From a virus (taxonomy: Duplodnaviria > Heunggongvirae > Uroviricota > Caudoviricetes), in IMG/VR virus record IMGVR_UViG_3300046519_000060, positions 64,001 to 128,000 of that record: DNA of 64,000 nt; one strand, 5' to 3'. The notes beneath the pieces were generated by a model. It saw nothing but the letters and a program-made list of their open reading frames with translations, had not been told where the DNA came from and did no database searches. Within the stretch, counting starts at the first letter, position 1, and each line of letters opens with the position of its first letter. The position numbers and the translations under genes are program-made. This document shows positions 17,558 through 28,650 of this stretch, piece after piece.

Positions 17558-20326
17558 ATGGCTACGTACACAATGGTATATCGCGGTGTCAAGGGTTCGC
17601 CACTGACGAACACGGAAGTCGATACCAACTTCCAGAACCTTGACACCTACAAAGCCCCGATTGACGAACCGACATTCACGACGAGTGCGACGGTACAGGG
17701 TCAGTTGACGGCTGTTGCCGGATCGGGTGCGCTGATTGCCTCGAACGGCGGTGGCACAGGCCAGACCTCGATTCTCATGCTTCGTGCTGGTGCTGCTGTC
17801 GATCAGGGACGGTGGGAACTCTTGACGGGTTCGGATGGTGCGTTCTCGCTTCGCACCATCAATGACGCATATTCAGCCAATGCTACGATCTTGAAGGCCA
17901 CGCGTGCAGCATCGGGCTATGGCATCGGCTATGTACAGATTAGTGGTGCTGGCAACCGTACCCTGATTGGTTCGGGTACGGATGATGGCGTCAATGCGCT
18001 TCAAGTCACTGGCAACATTGAATCCGATTCCAAACTGATTCTGTCTGGTTCGGGTTCTGGTGCAGAACTTGGTTCAACCTCGGCTGCAAACACGCCGGTC
18101 ATCGACTTTCATAGTTCGGGCAACAACATCGACTATGACGCACGCATCGCGGGTTCCAGTGGTTCGGCTACGGTCGGCGCTGGCAACCTGACGTACTACG
18201 CTGGCGGCAACTACTGGAACACGGTCAATGGCACTGTGATGCTGCTGAATGGTTCGGGTCGCCTGATGATCGGTACGACCACGGATGACGGTTCCAACCT
18301 GTTGCAAGTCAATGGCGGCGCTGCACTCTACAACGGTGGATTCGCAGCTACATCGTTTGGCGGCTATGCACCGATCCGTCTGCGTTCGGCTGGTGGTACA
18401 CAAGCTTCGCCTACGGCCCTTGGCACTGCTACGCAAATTGGTGGCATGAACCTGTCGGGCTATGATGGTTCGGCATACACTGACGTTGCGACTATCTCGG
18501 CCTACACGGAAGAAGCCTTCACGACTTCGGCACACGGCACACAACTTCGTTTCTTCACGACGAAGGCTGGTACGACTGCGCAGAAGGAAGCAATGCGTCT
18601 GACGGGTGCAAACCGTCTGCTGGTGAATCAGACATCGGATGACGGTGTTCGCACGGTTCAAGTAACCGGTGGTATCGCCAATACGAACACAACTGACGCC
18701 AATCCGGGCATCCTACTGACGGGTCTTAGCGGCTTCTCGGCTGGTATGCACCTGTTGAACTCGACTGCATCGACTGGTCGTAAGTGGTCCGTATATTCGG
18801 CAAACAGTGGTGCGTTCACGATTGGCGACGAAACTTCCAGTACTGCTCGTGTGACGATTGATTCGGCTGGTCTGTTCACTTTCACCGGAAATACCACTGT
18901 TACCGGCACATCAACGGTCACTGGTGCGACAAATATCAATGGACTGCTGACGGCAAATGCGGGTCTGACTACCTACGGCCTGATGACCGTAAATGGTGGT
19001 GCGATTGAACTTGGTCAGACTTCATCTGCAAATACACCGTTCATTGACTTCCATTCGTCGGGCAACAATATCGACTATGATTCGCGAATCATCGCGTCTG
19101 GTGGTTCTGCCACGATGGGTAACGGTACGCTGACGTTGCAAGCTGGTGGCGGCGTCGTGATGAATGTCTCCGGTTCAAACGCAACGCTGAAAACCAGTCA
19201 AAGTTTTGCCGCATTGTTCTTCTCCGCGAACAATGCCGCATATGTCCCGCACATGCGGGCGAATAGCACCAACAGTTGTTTTGAATGGGTGAACAGTGCC
19301 AACAGTGCCGTCAATATGACGCTGAGTGATTCTGGTGGCCTCACGCTTCGTAGTGGCCTCACGGTCAATAGCACGTTGAACGTGAACGGCGGCTTGTTGC
19401 AAATGACTTCCGGTGGGTATTACGGATACATTTCGGCCAACCCTAGTGGATGGATTGGATTCATCAACTCCGCGAACAACCAGTGGAACCTCTACATCTA
19501 TGACGGCGGCGACATTGCGGCGCGTGGTGTTGTGCGTGCCGGTGGCAGTGGCGGTGCATACCTGAACACGGACGGCAACATCAACGGTACGGCATGGGGC
19601 GGCTGGCTGTCGAACGCTTTCCTGTGGCGTAGCGGCGGTACGATGACTGGCACTATCAATTGCGGTGTTGCCACGAACCAGACGGCGGGCGCGCTTCACA
19701 TCAATACCGATTGGGGTACATCGTGGAATAACTGGACTGGTACGGCTAACGCGGCAGTACAGATGGATTGTCCGTCATCTGGTTCGGCCTACTACGGTCT
19801 GCGATTCACCCATTGGGGCGACAAGCACTTGGCCGCGCTCGGTGCATACGAAGACCCCGGTAACGGTGCGGCCCACATGGTTTTCTTGGTTGGTACGGAT
19901 ACTGCACCGGGCTTCTGGTTCAATTCGGGTGGTAACGGTACGTATGCTACGTCATGGACCCTTGGTTCGGACTACCGAATCAAGAAGGACGTGGTAACGG
20001 TTGATCCCGAAGAAACGCTGACAAAGGTCTTGAAGCTTCGTCCGGTGGAATTCGGTCGTATCGAAGAACATCACGGTGACAAGCGTTGGCCGGGTTACAT
20101 CGCACATGAAGTCCAAGAACTGTTCCCGCTGGCTGTGCATGGCACGAAAGACGCGATGCGCCCGAAGATGGACGGTGAACCGGGTGAAATGGAAATTGAT
20201 CCTCAGTCGGTGGACTACATTGCAATGTCGTCGTACTACGTTGCAGCAATCCAAGCCCTGTCAGCGAAGTTGGACAAGGCGCTATCCCGGATTGACGAAC
20301 TGGAATCGAAATTGGCAGGTAACTAA
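17558..20326 (+). CDS. Tail fibre/receptor-binding protein with C-terminal peptidase S74 (intramolecular chaperone) domain
   Basis: N-terminal KGSPLTNTEVDTNF; G/S/T-rich repeats; SDYRIKKDV...LRPVEF...GYIAHEVQELFPLAV. Confidence 0.88.
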   Translation: MATYTMVYRGVKGSPLTNTEVDTNFQNLDTYKAPIDEPTFTTSATVQGQLTAVAGSGALIASNGGGTGQTSILMLRAGAAVDQGRWELLTGSDGAFSLRTINDAYSANATILKATRAASGYGIGYVQISGAGNRTLIGSGTDDGVNALQVTGNIESDSKLILSGSGSGAELGSTSAANTPVIDFHSSGNNIDYDARIAGSSGSATVGAGNLTYYAGGNYWNTVNGTVMLLNGSGRLMIGTTTDDGSNLLQVNGGAALYNGGFAATSFGGYAPIRLRSAGGTQASPTALGTATQIGGMNLSGYDGSAYTDVATISAYTEEAFTTSAHGTQLRFFTTKAGTTAQKEAMRLTGANRLLVNQTSDDGVRTVQVTGGIANTNTTDANPGILLTGLSGFSAGMHLLNSTASTGRKWSVYSANSGAFTIGDETSSTARVTIDSAGLFTFTGNTTVTGTSTVTGATNINGLLTANAGLTTYGLMTVNGGAIELGQTSSANTPFIDFHSSGNNIDYDSRIIASGGSATMGNGTLTLQAGGGVVMNVSGSNATLKTSQSFAALFFSANNAAYVPHMRANSTNSCFEWVNSANSAVNMTLSDSGGLTLRSGLTVNSTLNVNGGLLQMTSGGYYGYISANPSGWIGFINSANNQWNLYIYDGGDIAARGVVRAGGSGGAYLNTDGNINGTAWGGWLSNAFLWRSGGTMTGTINCGVATNQTAGALHINTDWGTSWNNWTGTANAAVQMDCPSSGSAYYGLRFTHWGDKHLAALGAYEDPGNGAAHMVFLVGTDTAPGFWFNSGGNGTYATSWTLGSDYRIKKDVVTVDPEETLTKVLKLRPVEFGRIEEHHGDKRWPGYIAHEVQELFPLAVHGTKDAMRPKMDGEPGEMEIDPQSVDYIAMSSYYVAAIQALSAKLDKALSRIDELESKLAGN

Positions 20327-20328
20327 GC

Positions 20329-20886
20329 ATGACAACGTTTCGCCGTGTGCCGGTGCAAAATCCGGCAGTTCTCGCAATTGCATTGGTTGGGGATGATGGT
20401 TCTACGATCCAGTCTGACTTGGATTGTAAAGTCGGTAGTCCCCTCTGGGACCAGTATCAGGTCTGGTTGGCATCGGGTAATTCACTGGATAGCCCGGTTG
20501 TCATTGATTCCTTACCGGTCTTACGTCAACGACTGTTCGGCCAAGTTGACGCGATAGTAGCTGCGCTCTACGACCCCTTGACCCGTTTCCAAGTTGAGTA
20601 TGACGAACGGATCATCGCGGCCAATGCTTTCGTGGCTAATGAGTATCAGGGCGATCCGGGCATCTGGATTACATCGTTCGCGACTGCTGCACAGTTGGAT
20701 AACAACACGGCGGCAGACAGGATCATCGCCCAGAACACTGCCCTTCGTGCAGCATTGGCCCAGATTGGTGCGTTGCGGATGCGTAAGTACGAAATCCTGA
20801 ATTGTCCGGGTGATGCGGTAGCGGTGCAAAACACCTATGACGACATCGTTTCGAAGATCAAGGTAATCGCCTCACAAATGTCTTAA
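20329..20886 (+). CDS. Putative tail fibre assembly protein/chaperone
   Basis: Directly follows the fibre gene; helical Ala-rich protein. Confidence 0.5.
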   Translation: MTTFRRVPVQNPAVLAIALVGDDGSTIQSDLDCKVGSPLWDQYQVWLASGNSLDSPVVIDSLPVLRQRLFGQVDAIVAALYDPLTRFQVEYDERIIAANAFVANEYQGDPGIWITSFATAAQLDNNTAADRIIAQNTALRAALAQIGALRMRKYEILNCPGDAVAVQNTYDDIVSKIKVIASQMS

Positions 20887-20892
20887 ACCCTT

Positions 20893-20917
20893 GACCCGGA
20901 CGATGCCGGGTCTTTTT
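20893..20917 (+). terminator. Intrinsic terminator
   Basis: GACCCGG-acgatg-CCGGGTC followed by TTTTT. Confidence 0.8.
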
Positions 20918-20919
20918 CT

Positions 20920-21489
20920 TTGGAGAACATAATGACTTACATAAAGTATGGATTCCTGACTGTCCTGAATCTCCTGTTCACTGGATTCGCGATGCTTGTC
21001 GCTCCCATCGTGGCCCTGTTCTCGGACAAGGCCGGATGGTTGCCGAACTGGTTGAAGTGGTTCCAGACCTTTGATGCGTCTCTCGATGCTGGATGGAAGG
21101 ACGGCTATTTCGGCACGTTCTCAGCCCCGCCTACCGGTTGGCGACTGTGGTGGCTACGTACCAAGTGGTTGTGGCGTAACCCGGCCTATGGCTTCTGCTA
21201 TTGGGTTCTGGGTACATCGTTTGATCCCAAGGACTGGACGGTGGAAACATTCATCCAAGACGGCAAGTACACCAAGTTCGTTGCTCGATCCAATGATGGT
21301 AAGCACTTCTGCATTTCCTACAATGGACCGTGGGGAAGCTGGAAACTTGGTTGGAAGGCATGGAACTACTTCCAGAAGCTTGACGAGAATGGTCAACCGG
21401 TCTGGAACACTACACCGTGGGGACCGGAATGGATCGCTCCTATCTGCTTCACCCCGAACTTCTATAAGGCATTCAGCTTCAAGAAGTAA
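20920..21489 (+). CDS. Trp-rich conserved phage protein with N-terminal TM segment
   Basis: WFQTFD..LD...WLWRNPAYGF pattern; hydrophobic N-terminus. Confidence 0.7.
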   Translation: MENIMTYIKYGFLTVLNLLFTGFAMLVAPIVALFSDKAGWLPNWLKWFQTFDASLDAGWKDGYFGTFSAPPTGWRLWWLRTKWLWRNPAYGFCYWVLGTSFDPKDWTVETFIQDGKYTKFVARSNDGKHFCISYNGPWGSWKLGWKAWNYFQKLDENGQPVWNTTPWGPEWIAPICFTPNFYKAFSFKK

Positions 21490-21494
21490 CCATT

Positions 21495-21518
21495 GGCCCG
21501 CCACTGTGCGGGCTTTTT
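21495..21518 (+). terminator. Intrinsic terminator
   Basis: GCCCGC-cactgt-GCGGGC followed by a T run. Confidence 0.8.
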
Positions 21519-21540
21519 ATTTGTCAAGCGCCAAACATCA

Positions 21541-21547
21541 CTAAATA
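21541..21547 (+). promoter_or_regulatory. Late promoter
   Basis: CTAAATA upstream of ORF 21585. Confidence 0.75.
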
Positions 21548-21584
21548 GTTTCTACGAAATAATTCAATTCCATTAAGGATTCCG

Positions 21585-24500
21585 ATGTCAGCCGAAATTC
21601 AAACTTTCAACACTGCACCGTACTACGACGACTACGACGAATCAAAGAAGTTCATGAAGATTCTGTTCAAGCCGGGGTATGCGGTACAGGCGCGTGAATT
21701 GACGCAACTGCAATCGATCTTGCAGAAGCAGATTCAGAGGCATGGCGATAATGTGTTCAAGGATGGCGCGATGGTGATTCCGGGCGGAACGTCCGTGGAT
21801 ACTTCGTTCCCCTATGTCAAGGTCCAGAACACGTACAACAACGGCACTCAGGTTGCCAACTATACGGATCAACTGGTCGGCCAATTCGTGGTCGGACAGA
21901 CGACTGGCGTGCGTGCGCAAATCGTCAAGGTGGTCCACACGGATACGGTCAATCCCGAAACCCTGTATGTGAAGTACGTGTCATCGGGTACGGACAATGT
22001 GACCAAGGTCTTTGCGGACAACGAATCACTGATCCCGGAAGCTACAAACCTCGCCTCGCTTGGCGTGCAAACACTCTCGTCAGGTTCGACGGGCGTGGGT
22101 TCGGCTGCATCTGTCGCGGAAGGTGTGTACTACGTCGGCGGCTTCTTCTGCATGGTCGATGCACAGACGATTGTTCTGGATGCCTATGATTCGTCACCCT
22201 CATACCGTGTTGGTCTGAGTGTGGCATCGGGCGTGATCGACAGTGAGGATGATGAATCCCTGCTGGACAACGCCCTTGGTTCGTTCAACTACAATGCGCC
22301 GGGTGCTGACCGCCATTCCATCGTTCTGACGCTGACTGCACTTCCGGTCGGTTCGACCAATGATGCGAACTTCGTGGAACTGTTCACGGTGGTTGACGGC
22401 ATCATCCAGTCGAAGGTGGATACGACCGCCTACAACGTCATTGCTGACACGATGGCACGCCGTACCTATGATGAATCGGGTGACTACACTGTGACCCCGT
22501 TCACGCTGGACGTTCGCGAGCATCGTAACAACAACCGTGGCGCATGGAAGGCATCGACTGTCTACCTCATTGGCGACGTTGCGACCAATGGTTCGAACAC
22601 CTATGTTGCCAAGACTGCCGGTACGTCTGGCACGACTGCACCTTCGCATACCTCGGGTGATGCAGCGGACGGTACGGTGACGTGGACCTTCACGACCAAT
22701 CCTTCGTACAACCGTGGTATCTACTCGCCGGAAGCGGGTGGTGATGCAACGATGCTGGCCCTTGGTCTGGAACCGGGTAAGGCATACGTGCGTGGCTATG
22801 AAGTCAACAAGGTCGGCATCGACTACTTGGCAGTTCCGAAGGCACGCGACACACAATACGCTACGACCGCGAAGGTTGGTGCGAAGGTTGGTAACTACAT
22901 CTTCGTGACCAACGTTACGGGTCTGCCGAACATCAGCCAGAACGCCATTGTGACCTTTGGCGACCAGTTGACGACTTCCCGCACTGCACTCAACGGTAAT
23001 AACGTTGGTTGGGCGCGAGTGCGTTCGTTCGAAATCCATAGCGGTGTTGCGGGTCAAGCATCAGCCATCTACAAGATGTCGCTGTTTGATGTGAACCTGA
23101 ATGCTGGTAAGAATCTTGGCGATAACGTCAAGTCGTTCTTCATCAACTACGGTTCGGCTGCACTGAACTTCGCGGCAGATGTGTATGGCATCCTGACCAA
23201 GAACACCGGTAGCATCACGGCCTCGGCATCGACCACGGTGACGGGCGTCGGTACGCTGTTCCTGTCTGAACTGGTGGTTGGTGATTACATCGTCTGGAAC
23301 AACGGTACGACCGCGCGTGTGACGGCCATTGCATCGAATATCAGCCTCACGGTTGCATCGGCAGTGACGGCCAATGGTGAAGCCTTCTATACCATCGGAA
23401 CTGCATTGCAGGAACCGGGTTACAGTCCTGCGCTGTTCAGTCTGCCGAACTATGCAATCCAGACGGTTCGTTCCAATGACGGTTCGATTGCGACCGCCTA
23501 TGCAGTGCAGCAACGATTCACGACCACGACCAATGCTTCGGGTGTCCTGACGCTGGCGGTTGCTGGTGGTAACGATACGTTTGGTTCGGAAGCCGAATCA
23601 ACGAACTACCTGTGCGTGGACAATACGACTGGTTCGATTGTTCCTCCGACTTCAATCGTGCGTAATAGCCCGTTGATGACTCAGGTGACGATTACCCTTG
23701 GTGCGACCTATGCTTCGCGTTCCTTCACGGTGATTGCCACTGTGAACCGCACTGGTGCAGGTACGGAAAAGACCAAGACCCTGACGACTGCGACGGCCAC
23801 GTTCACCACGCAAGCGACCGCACAAGGCAAGATCATCAATCTCCCGGTTGCTGACGGTTATGCACTGGTGTCGGTGATGCAGGATACGGGTTCGTTTGCA
23901 ACCCCGACTGGTACGTACTCCAAAGACATTACGGCGAACTACACGTTCTCGGATGGTCAACACGATTCGTACTATGGCCTCGCATCGATTACGTTGGTTG
24001 ACGGTTCGCCGCTGCCGACTGCACCGATTCAGGTGGTGTACAAGTATTTCCAGCATTCGGTGACGGGTGATTACTTCACGGTCAACAGCTATCTGTCCAC
24101 GGTTGCATATGAAGCCATCCCGTTCTATGGCACGGTTCCGCTTCGCGACTGTATCGACTTCCGCCCGCGTATCGACAATACCGGTGCAGATTTCGTCTCG
24201 GCGGGTGCAGTGGTCAATGGTTGCCCGAAGCGTGGCGTGGATATTACGACGAACTACACGTTCTATCTGCCGCGTAAGGACAAACTGGCACTGGCAATGG
24301 ACGGTACGTTCTTTGATGTCAAGGGTGTGTCTGGCCTGAACGCATCGCTGCCGGATGATCCGACGACTGCAATGGTGCTGTTCAATGTTGCGCTGGAAGC
24401 CTACACGTTCGGCACTGGTGCATCCAATGTCAATGTGACGACCATCGACAACAAGCGGTACACGATGCGTGACATCGGCAAGATCGATGCTCGCGTGGCT

Positions 24501-27500
24501 AATCTGGAATACTACACATCGCTGTCGCTTCTGGAACAACAGACGACCTCGATGAACATTACGGATAGCACTGGTCTGTCGCGCTACCAGAATGGCTTCA
24601 TTGTGGATTCGTTCAATGGTCAAGGTGTGGGTAACGTGTCGTCCCCGGACTACATGTGCGCCATCGACATGACGAACAATATCCTGCGTCCGTTCTACTC
24701 GATGGAGAACGTCACGTTCTTTGAGAAGAACACGACCAATGCGCAACGTGCAACGTCTGGCTATCAGGTGACGGGCGATGTGGTGACACTGCCGTACTCG
24801 TCGGTTCCGCTGATTACGCAACCGTATGCAAGCCGTACTGAGAATGTCAACCCGTTCGCGGTCTTCGCATTCGTGGGTCAGACTGATTTGAACCCGTCCT
24901 CGGATGAATGGTTCGACACCTATCAGTTGCCGGATATTGTCACGAACGTTGATGGCAACTTCAATGCGGTGTATGCACTGGCGGCATCGACGGGTGTTCT
25001 GGGTACGGTTTGGAATGCTTGGCAAACCCAATGGTCGGGCGTGACGGGTAGTTCGTTCTCCTACACCGACTACAACGGCCACACAGACTATGTGACGACT
25101 GATGGTGTTACTCGTCTGCGTAGTGCAGCGGAATTGGCGGCATCACAGACCAATGCGTGGTTGTCCAGTCAGGGTATTGGCGCACAGCGTCAGATTTTGA
25201 CGGAGACGGATGCAATCACCACGGTTCAGTCGCGCAGTGGTATCAACACGCAGATTGTTCCGCAAATCACGAACACCGTGACGGATGACAAGGTTGTGGC
25301 CTCGGCTGTGATCCCGTACATCCGCAAGCGTAACTTGATGGTGGTGGCACGCGGCTTGAAGCCGAACACACGCTTCTACCCGTTCTTTGACGGTACGAAC
25401 GTGTCGGCCTACGTGACGCCCTCGGTGCTGTTGCAAGTGACGCCGATTGCTGGTTATGTGGCTGACTTTGATTGGCAGTCGAACGTTGGTGGTCTGGCCG
25501 ATGAATCCCGCCGTCAAATCTGGGGTAATTCGGACAACGCACTGGATCGCGGTGACGTGGTTTATGTGGCGCAACGTGGTGGTGTGAACTACACGGTATC
25601 GAACTCCCCGGCAACGGCAGTGGTTGGACTGTGTGCAACGAAGGCGGATGGTTCGCGTGAAATCCGTGTTCAGAACTGGACCGGTGGTTTCTCGAATGGT
25701 GACGTTCTGGTTGGTACGATCAGTGGCGCACGCGGCACGATCATCAACGGTTCGGCAGGTACGAATCCGGGTGATCCGCTGATTTCAAGCTTCAATGGTG
25801 ACGTGGTTGCACTGTTCCAGATTCCGAACAATTCGGCGCTCGCATTCCGTACTGGTTCGCGTGTGTTCAAGCTGTCGGATGATCCGAACAACGGTTCGAA
25901 CTCCACATCTTCTTCGTCAGTGACATACACGGCAACGGGTATCCTGCAAACGAAGCAAGCCTATGTGACCTCGACCCGTAATGCACAAGTGGTTCAGACG
26001 CAAGTTTCGGATAGCCAAACGTTGGTTAGTTCCAATACCTTCGTGGCATCTGACACTGGTTGGTACGATCCGCTGGCACAAACCTTCCTGATTCAATCGA
26101 CGGATGGCGCGTTCCTCACCGAAGTTGACCTGTTCTTCCAATCGAAGGACGCCAACATTCCGGTGCAGATCGAGATTCGTCAAGTGGTCAATGGCTATCC
26201 GGGTTCAACGGTGCTGCCGTTCTCCCATACGGTTCTGACGCCTAACCAAGTGAATGTGTCGGAAGATGGTTCGGTTGCGACGACCTTCAAGTTTGCATCC
26301 CCGGTGTACGTCAATGACGCGACCTCGTATGCACTGGTGGTGATGTCGGATTCGAATAATTACAACCTCTGGATCAGTCAGCTTGGCGACAAGATGGTGA
26401 ATTCGGATCGCTTCATTTCCGAACAACCGTATGCCGGTGTGCTGTTCAAGTCGCAGAATGCTTCGACGTGGACTGCTGACCAGACCCAAGACATGAAGTT
26501 CACGATTCGTCGTGCCAAGTTCGTGACGGGTCAGTACGGTGAAGCTGAATTCGTGAATGACCAAGTGACGCTGGATACATTGCCTACGCTGTGCTTCCAG
26601 ACGGTGACGGGTTCGAAGGTTGTGCGTGTGTTCCATGCTAACCACGGTCTGCCGGTCGGTTCTACGGTGGTGATCGCGGGTGTGACGGCGGCAGTCAACG
26701 GTATCCCGGCTGCAAACTTCAATGGTTCGTTCGTGATCGCCAATGTGGATTTCGATTCGTACACCATCACAGTTGCAACGGCGGCTACGTTGACGGGCTA
26801 TGCGGGTAACGCTGGAATCACGGCGGCTGGTAACTACAGCTTTGACCAGATTCAACCGGTGGTGCAGCAACAGACGTTCACTGGCACGACTTCATCGTGG
26901 TTCGTCAAGACGACTACGGGTATGTCCCCGGAAGGTGCAGAAACACCGTACCTGCTGGATAGCGCCTACAGTGCGGTCGCGGTGAATGACAACAATGTGT
27001 TGGGTCATACGTGTCTGGTTGCAAGCGTGGCGAACCAATCGGCCTCGGCATTGCATGGTTCGAAGTCTCTGTTCCTGAAAGGCCGTCTGTATACGACGAA
27101 CGATGCAGTTTCCCCGTTCATCGATATGCACCGACTGTCGGCAATTCTGGTCCGTAACCGCGTCAATGCACCGACTGCGGCTAACGTGAACGTGGCGGGT
27201 CTGGATGATCGCGTGGTGGTTTCGGCTAACACCAACGTGGCATTCGGTACGAACACGATTACGACGACTGATGCGGCAACCAAGGCGCTGTTCAAGACTG
27301 TGGCCGTGGGCCATGTGCTGAACGTAGCGGGTTCGGTATCCGCGAACAATGGCGATGCAATCGTGACGGCAGTGGCGGCGGATGGTTCGTCCATCACCCT
27401 TGCTGATACGTTCACGGTGACGGCGGCTGGTGCAAGCATCACGCTGACCTCTCGCGAAATGTTCGTGGACGAGATTGCACCGATCAACAGCACGACGATT

Positions 27501-27833
27501 TCGAAGTATGTGTCCAAGAAGGTCAACTTCGCGAACACTTCAACGTATCTGCGTGTGCAGTTGGCGGCATCGGTTCCGGCAGTTGGCAAGCTTCTGGTGT
27601 ACTACAAGGTCAACCCGGCTGGTAGTGCGCTGGACTTTGACACTGTGCCGTACACGTTGCTGAACCCGGATGCGTCTATCCCGGTGTCATCGAACGGATC
27701 GTTCTCGGACGTGACGTTCTCGCTCTCGGGTCTGTCGGCATTCGATGCGGTTCAAGTGAAGCTGGTGATGCAATCCACGGATACATCACAAGTGCCGATG
27801 GTCAAGGACTTGCGAATTATTGCGTGCGCCTGA
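21585..27833 (+). CDS. Large virion structural protein (VrlC/DUF4815-like)
   Basis: FNTAPYYDDYD..K.F..ILFKPGYAVQARELTQLQSILQ.Q; APGADR; YTFYLPRKD; GFIVDSF; DPLAQTF. Typical of VrlC-like proteins of T4-like phages. Confidence 0.85.
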   Translation: MSAEIQTFNTAPYYDDYDESKKFMKILFKPGYAVQARELTQLQSILQKQIQRHGDNVFKDGAMVIPGGTSVDTSFPYVKVQNTYNNGTQVANYTDQLVGQFVVGQTTGVRAQIVKVVHTDTVNPETLYVKYVSSGTDNVTKVFADNESLIPEATNLASLGVQTLSSGSTGVGSAASVAEGVYYVGGFFCMVDAQTIVLDAYDSSPSYRVGLSVASGVIDSEDDESLLDNALGSFNYNAPGADRHSIVLTLTALPVGSTNDANFVELFTVVDGIIQSKVDTTAYNVIADTMARRTYDESGDYTVTPFTLDVREHRNNNRGAWKASTVYLIGDVATNGSNTYVAKTAGTSGTTAPSHTSGDAADGTVTWTFTTNPSYNRGIYSPEAGGDATMLALGLEPGKAYVRGYEVNKVGIDYLAVPKARDTQYATTAKVGAKVGNYIFVTNVTGLPNISQNAIVTFGDQLTTSRTALNGNNVGWARVRSFEIHSGVAGQASAIYKMSLFDVNLNAGKNLGDNVKSFFINYGSAALNFAADVYGILTKNTGSITASASTTVTGVGTLFLSELVVGDYIVWNNGTTARVTAIASNISLTVASAVTANGEAFYTIGTALQEPGYSPALFSLPNYAIQTVRSNDGSIATAYAVQQRFTTTTNASGVLTLAVAGGNDTFGSEAESTNYLCVDNTTGSIVPPTSIVRNSPLMTQVTITLGATYASRSFTVIATVNRTGAGTEKTKTLTTATATFTTQATAQGKIINLPVADGYALVSVMQDTGSFATPTGTYSKDITANYTFSDGQHDSYYGLASITLVDGSPLPTAPIQVVYKYFQHSVTGDYFTVNSYLSTVAYEAIPFYGTVPLRDCIDFRPRIDNTGADFVSAGAVVNGCPKRGVDITTNYTFYLPRKDKLALAMDGTFFDVKGVSGLNASLPDDPTTAMVLFNVALEAYTFGTGASNVNVTTIDNKRYTMRDIGKIDARVANLEYYTSLSLLEQQTTSMNITDSTGLSRYQNGFIVDSFNGQGVGNVSSPDYMCAIDMTNNILRPFYSMENVTFFEKNTTNAQRATSGYQVTGDVVTLPYSSVPLITQPYASRTENVNPFAVFAFVGQTDLNPSSDEWFDTYQLPDIVTNVDGNFNAVYALAASTGVLGTVWNAWQTQWSGVTGSSFSYTDYNGHTDYVTTDGVTRLRSAAELAASQTNAWLSSQGIGAQRQILTETDAITTVQSRSGINTQIVPQITNTVTDDKVVASAVIPYIRKRNLMVVARGLKPNTRFYPFFDGTNVSAYVTPSVLLQVTPIAGYVADFDWQSNVGGLADESRRQIWGNSDNALDRGDVVYVAQRGGVNYTVSNSPATAVVGLCATKADGSREIRVQNWTGGFSNGDVLVGTISGARGTIINGSAGTNPGDPLISSFNGDVVALFQIPNNSALAFRTGSRVFKLSDDPNNGSNSTSSSSVTYTATGILQTKQAYVTSTRNAQVVQTQVSDSQTLVSSNTFVASDTGWYDPLAQTFLIQSTDGAFLTEVDLFFQSKDANIPVQIEIRQVVNGYPGSTVLPFSHTVLTPNQVNVSEDGSVATTFKFASPVYVNDATSYALVVMSDSNNYNLWISQLGDKMVNSDRFISEQPYAGVLFKSQNASTWTADQTQDMKFTIRRAKFVTGQYGEAEFVNDQVTLDTLPTLCFQTVTGSKVVRVFHANHGLPVGSTVVIAGVTAAVNGIPAANFNGSFVIANVDFDSYTITVATAATLTGYAGNAGITAAGNYSFDQIQPVVQQQTFTGTTSSWFVKTTTGMSPEGAETPYLLDSAYSAVAVNDNNVLGHTCLVASVANQSASALHGSKSLFLKGRLYTTNDAVSPFIDMHRLSAILVRNRVNAPTAANVNVAGLDDRVVVSANTNVAFGTNTITTTDAATKALFKTVAVGHVLNVAGSVSANNGDAIVTAVAADGSSITLADTFTVTAAGASITLTSREMFVDEIAPINSTTISKYVSKKVNFANTSTYLRVQLAASVPAVGKLLVYYKVNPAGSALDFDTVPYTLLNPDASIPVSSNGSFSDVTFSLSGLSAFDAVQVKLVMQSTDTSQVPMVKDLRIIACA

Positions 27834-28566
27834 TCTTGCAGTTGTCGAAGTGATGCCTAAACATGATTGCCCCTTTGCCGGTCTTACCACAATGCGGGCA
27901 TTCATGAGTTACGGAAAGGTTATGGGTTCCGGCCTGTAACCTTTCTTTGTTTCTCTGTGAGGCAAACTTCGATCCAATTTCACCTTGGAAGTGATGTACA
28001 CCACGGCTTACCCGTTCTCGTACATGCTTCGCTGCGTCGGCGGTTTGGAAGTAATGTTCGCCACGTTCAATTAGTGCAGCTTGAATCTCACTGAAATGGA
28101 TGGAACCGGCCTCACCCTCATGGTGGTGCTGGATTCCTGCTGCACGCCTATCTTCGTGAATCTTCTTTGAATGCTTGGAACCACGCTCGCCTTGGAACGG
28201 ATGGATACCCAATTCAACCTGTTTGCGGTTCGATAGGCTCATTACCTCAGGGTCAATACCTTCACCGCCACGGCTTAGATTGTAGCCCTTGTCTTTACCA
28301 TCAAGGACACAGCAATCGTATTGTTTGATGAACTGTTTCTCGAACTCACCAAGTTCTTCTGGCTTGAATACCACGAAGATAACTTGAAAGTCGAAGTTGT
28401 CGATCCCGTACTTTCGGATTGCCGCATGTAACGGGGTATTCGCACCTTTGGCTGCATCGTTGATGTGCTGGCGTCGTCTGGTATTGGGCCGCTGGATCGT
28501 CTTTCCGATGTAGACCTTGCCGTTCAGGGTGTTTTCAAGCTTGTAGATGGTCGGATAAATAGACAT
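27817..28566 (-). mobile_element. GIY-YIG homing endonuclease with G-x-H-x-FQ repeats and C-terminal zinc finger
   Basis: TIYKLEN..NGKVYIG...AIRKYG..NF; repeats LGIHPFQ/RGEHYFQ/RGVHHFQ; CPHCGK...HHFDNC. Likely start MSIYPT at ~28566. Confidence 0.85.
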
Positions 28567-28595
28567 GTTTATCTTTAGTTGTTTGTGTATTTGAA

Positions 28596-28602
28596 TATTT
28601 AT
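28596..28602 (-). promoter_or_regulatory. Late promoter for the antisense endonuclease gene
   Basis: ATAAATA on the minus strand about 30 nt upstream of the ATG. Confidence 0.55.
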
Positions 28603-28650
28603 CGAAACACAATCTTTCAGAAACGTTTCATCGCATGTGCTTATCATATC

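Noticed and set aside
17558-20326. Diversity-generating retroelement acting on the tail fibre
   Set aside because: No reverse transcriptase and no template/variable repeat pair differing at adenines in the window.
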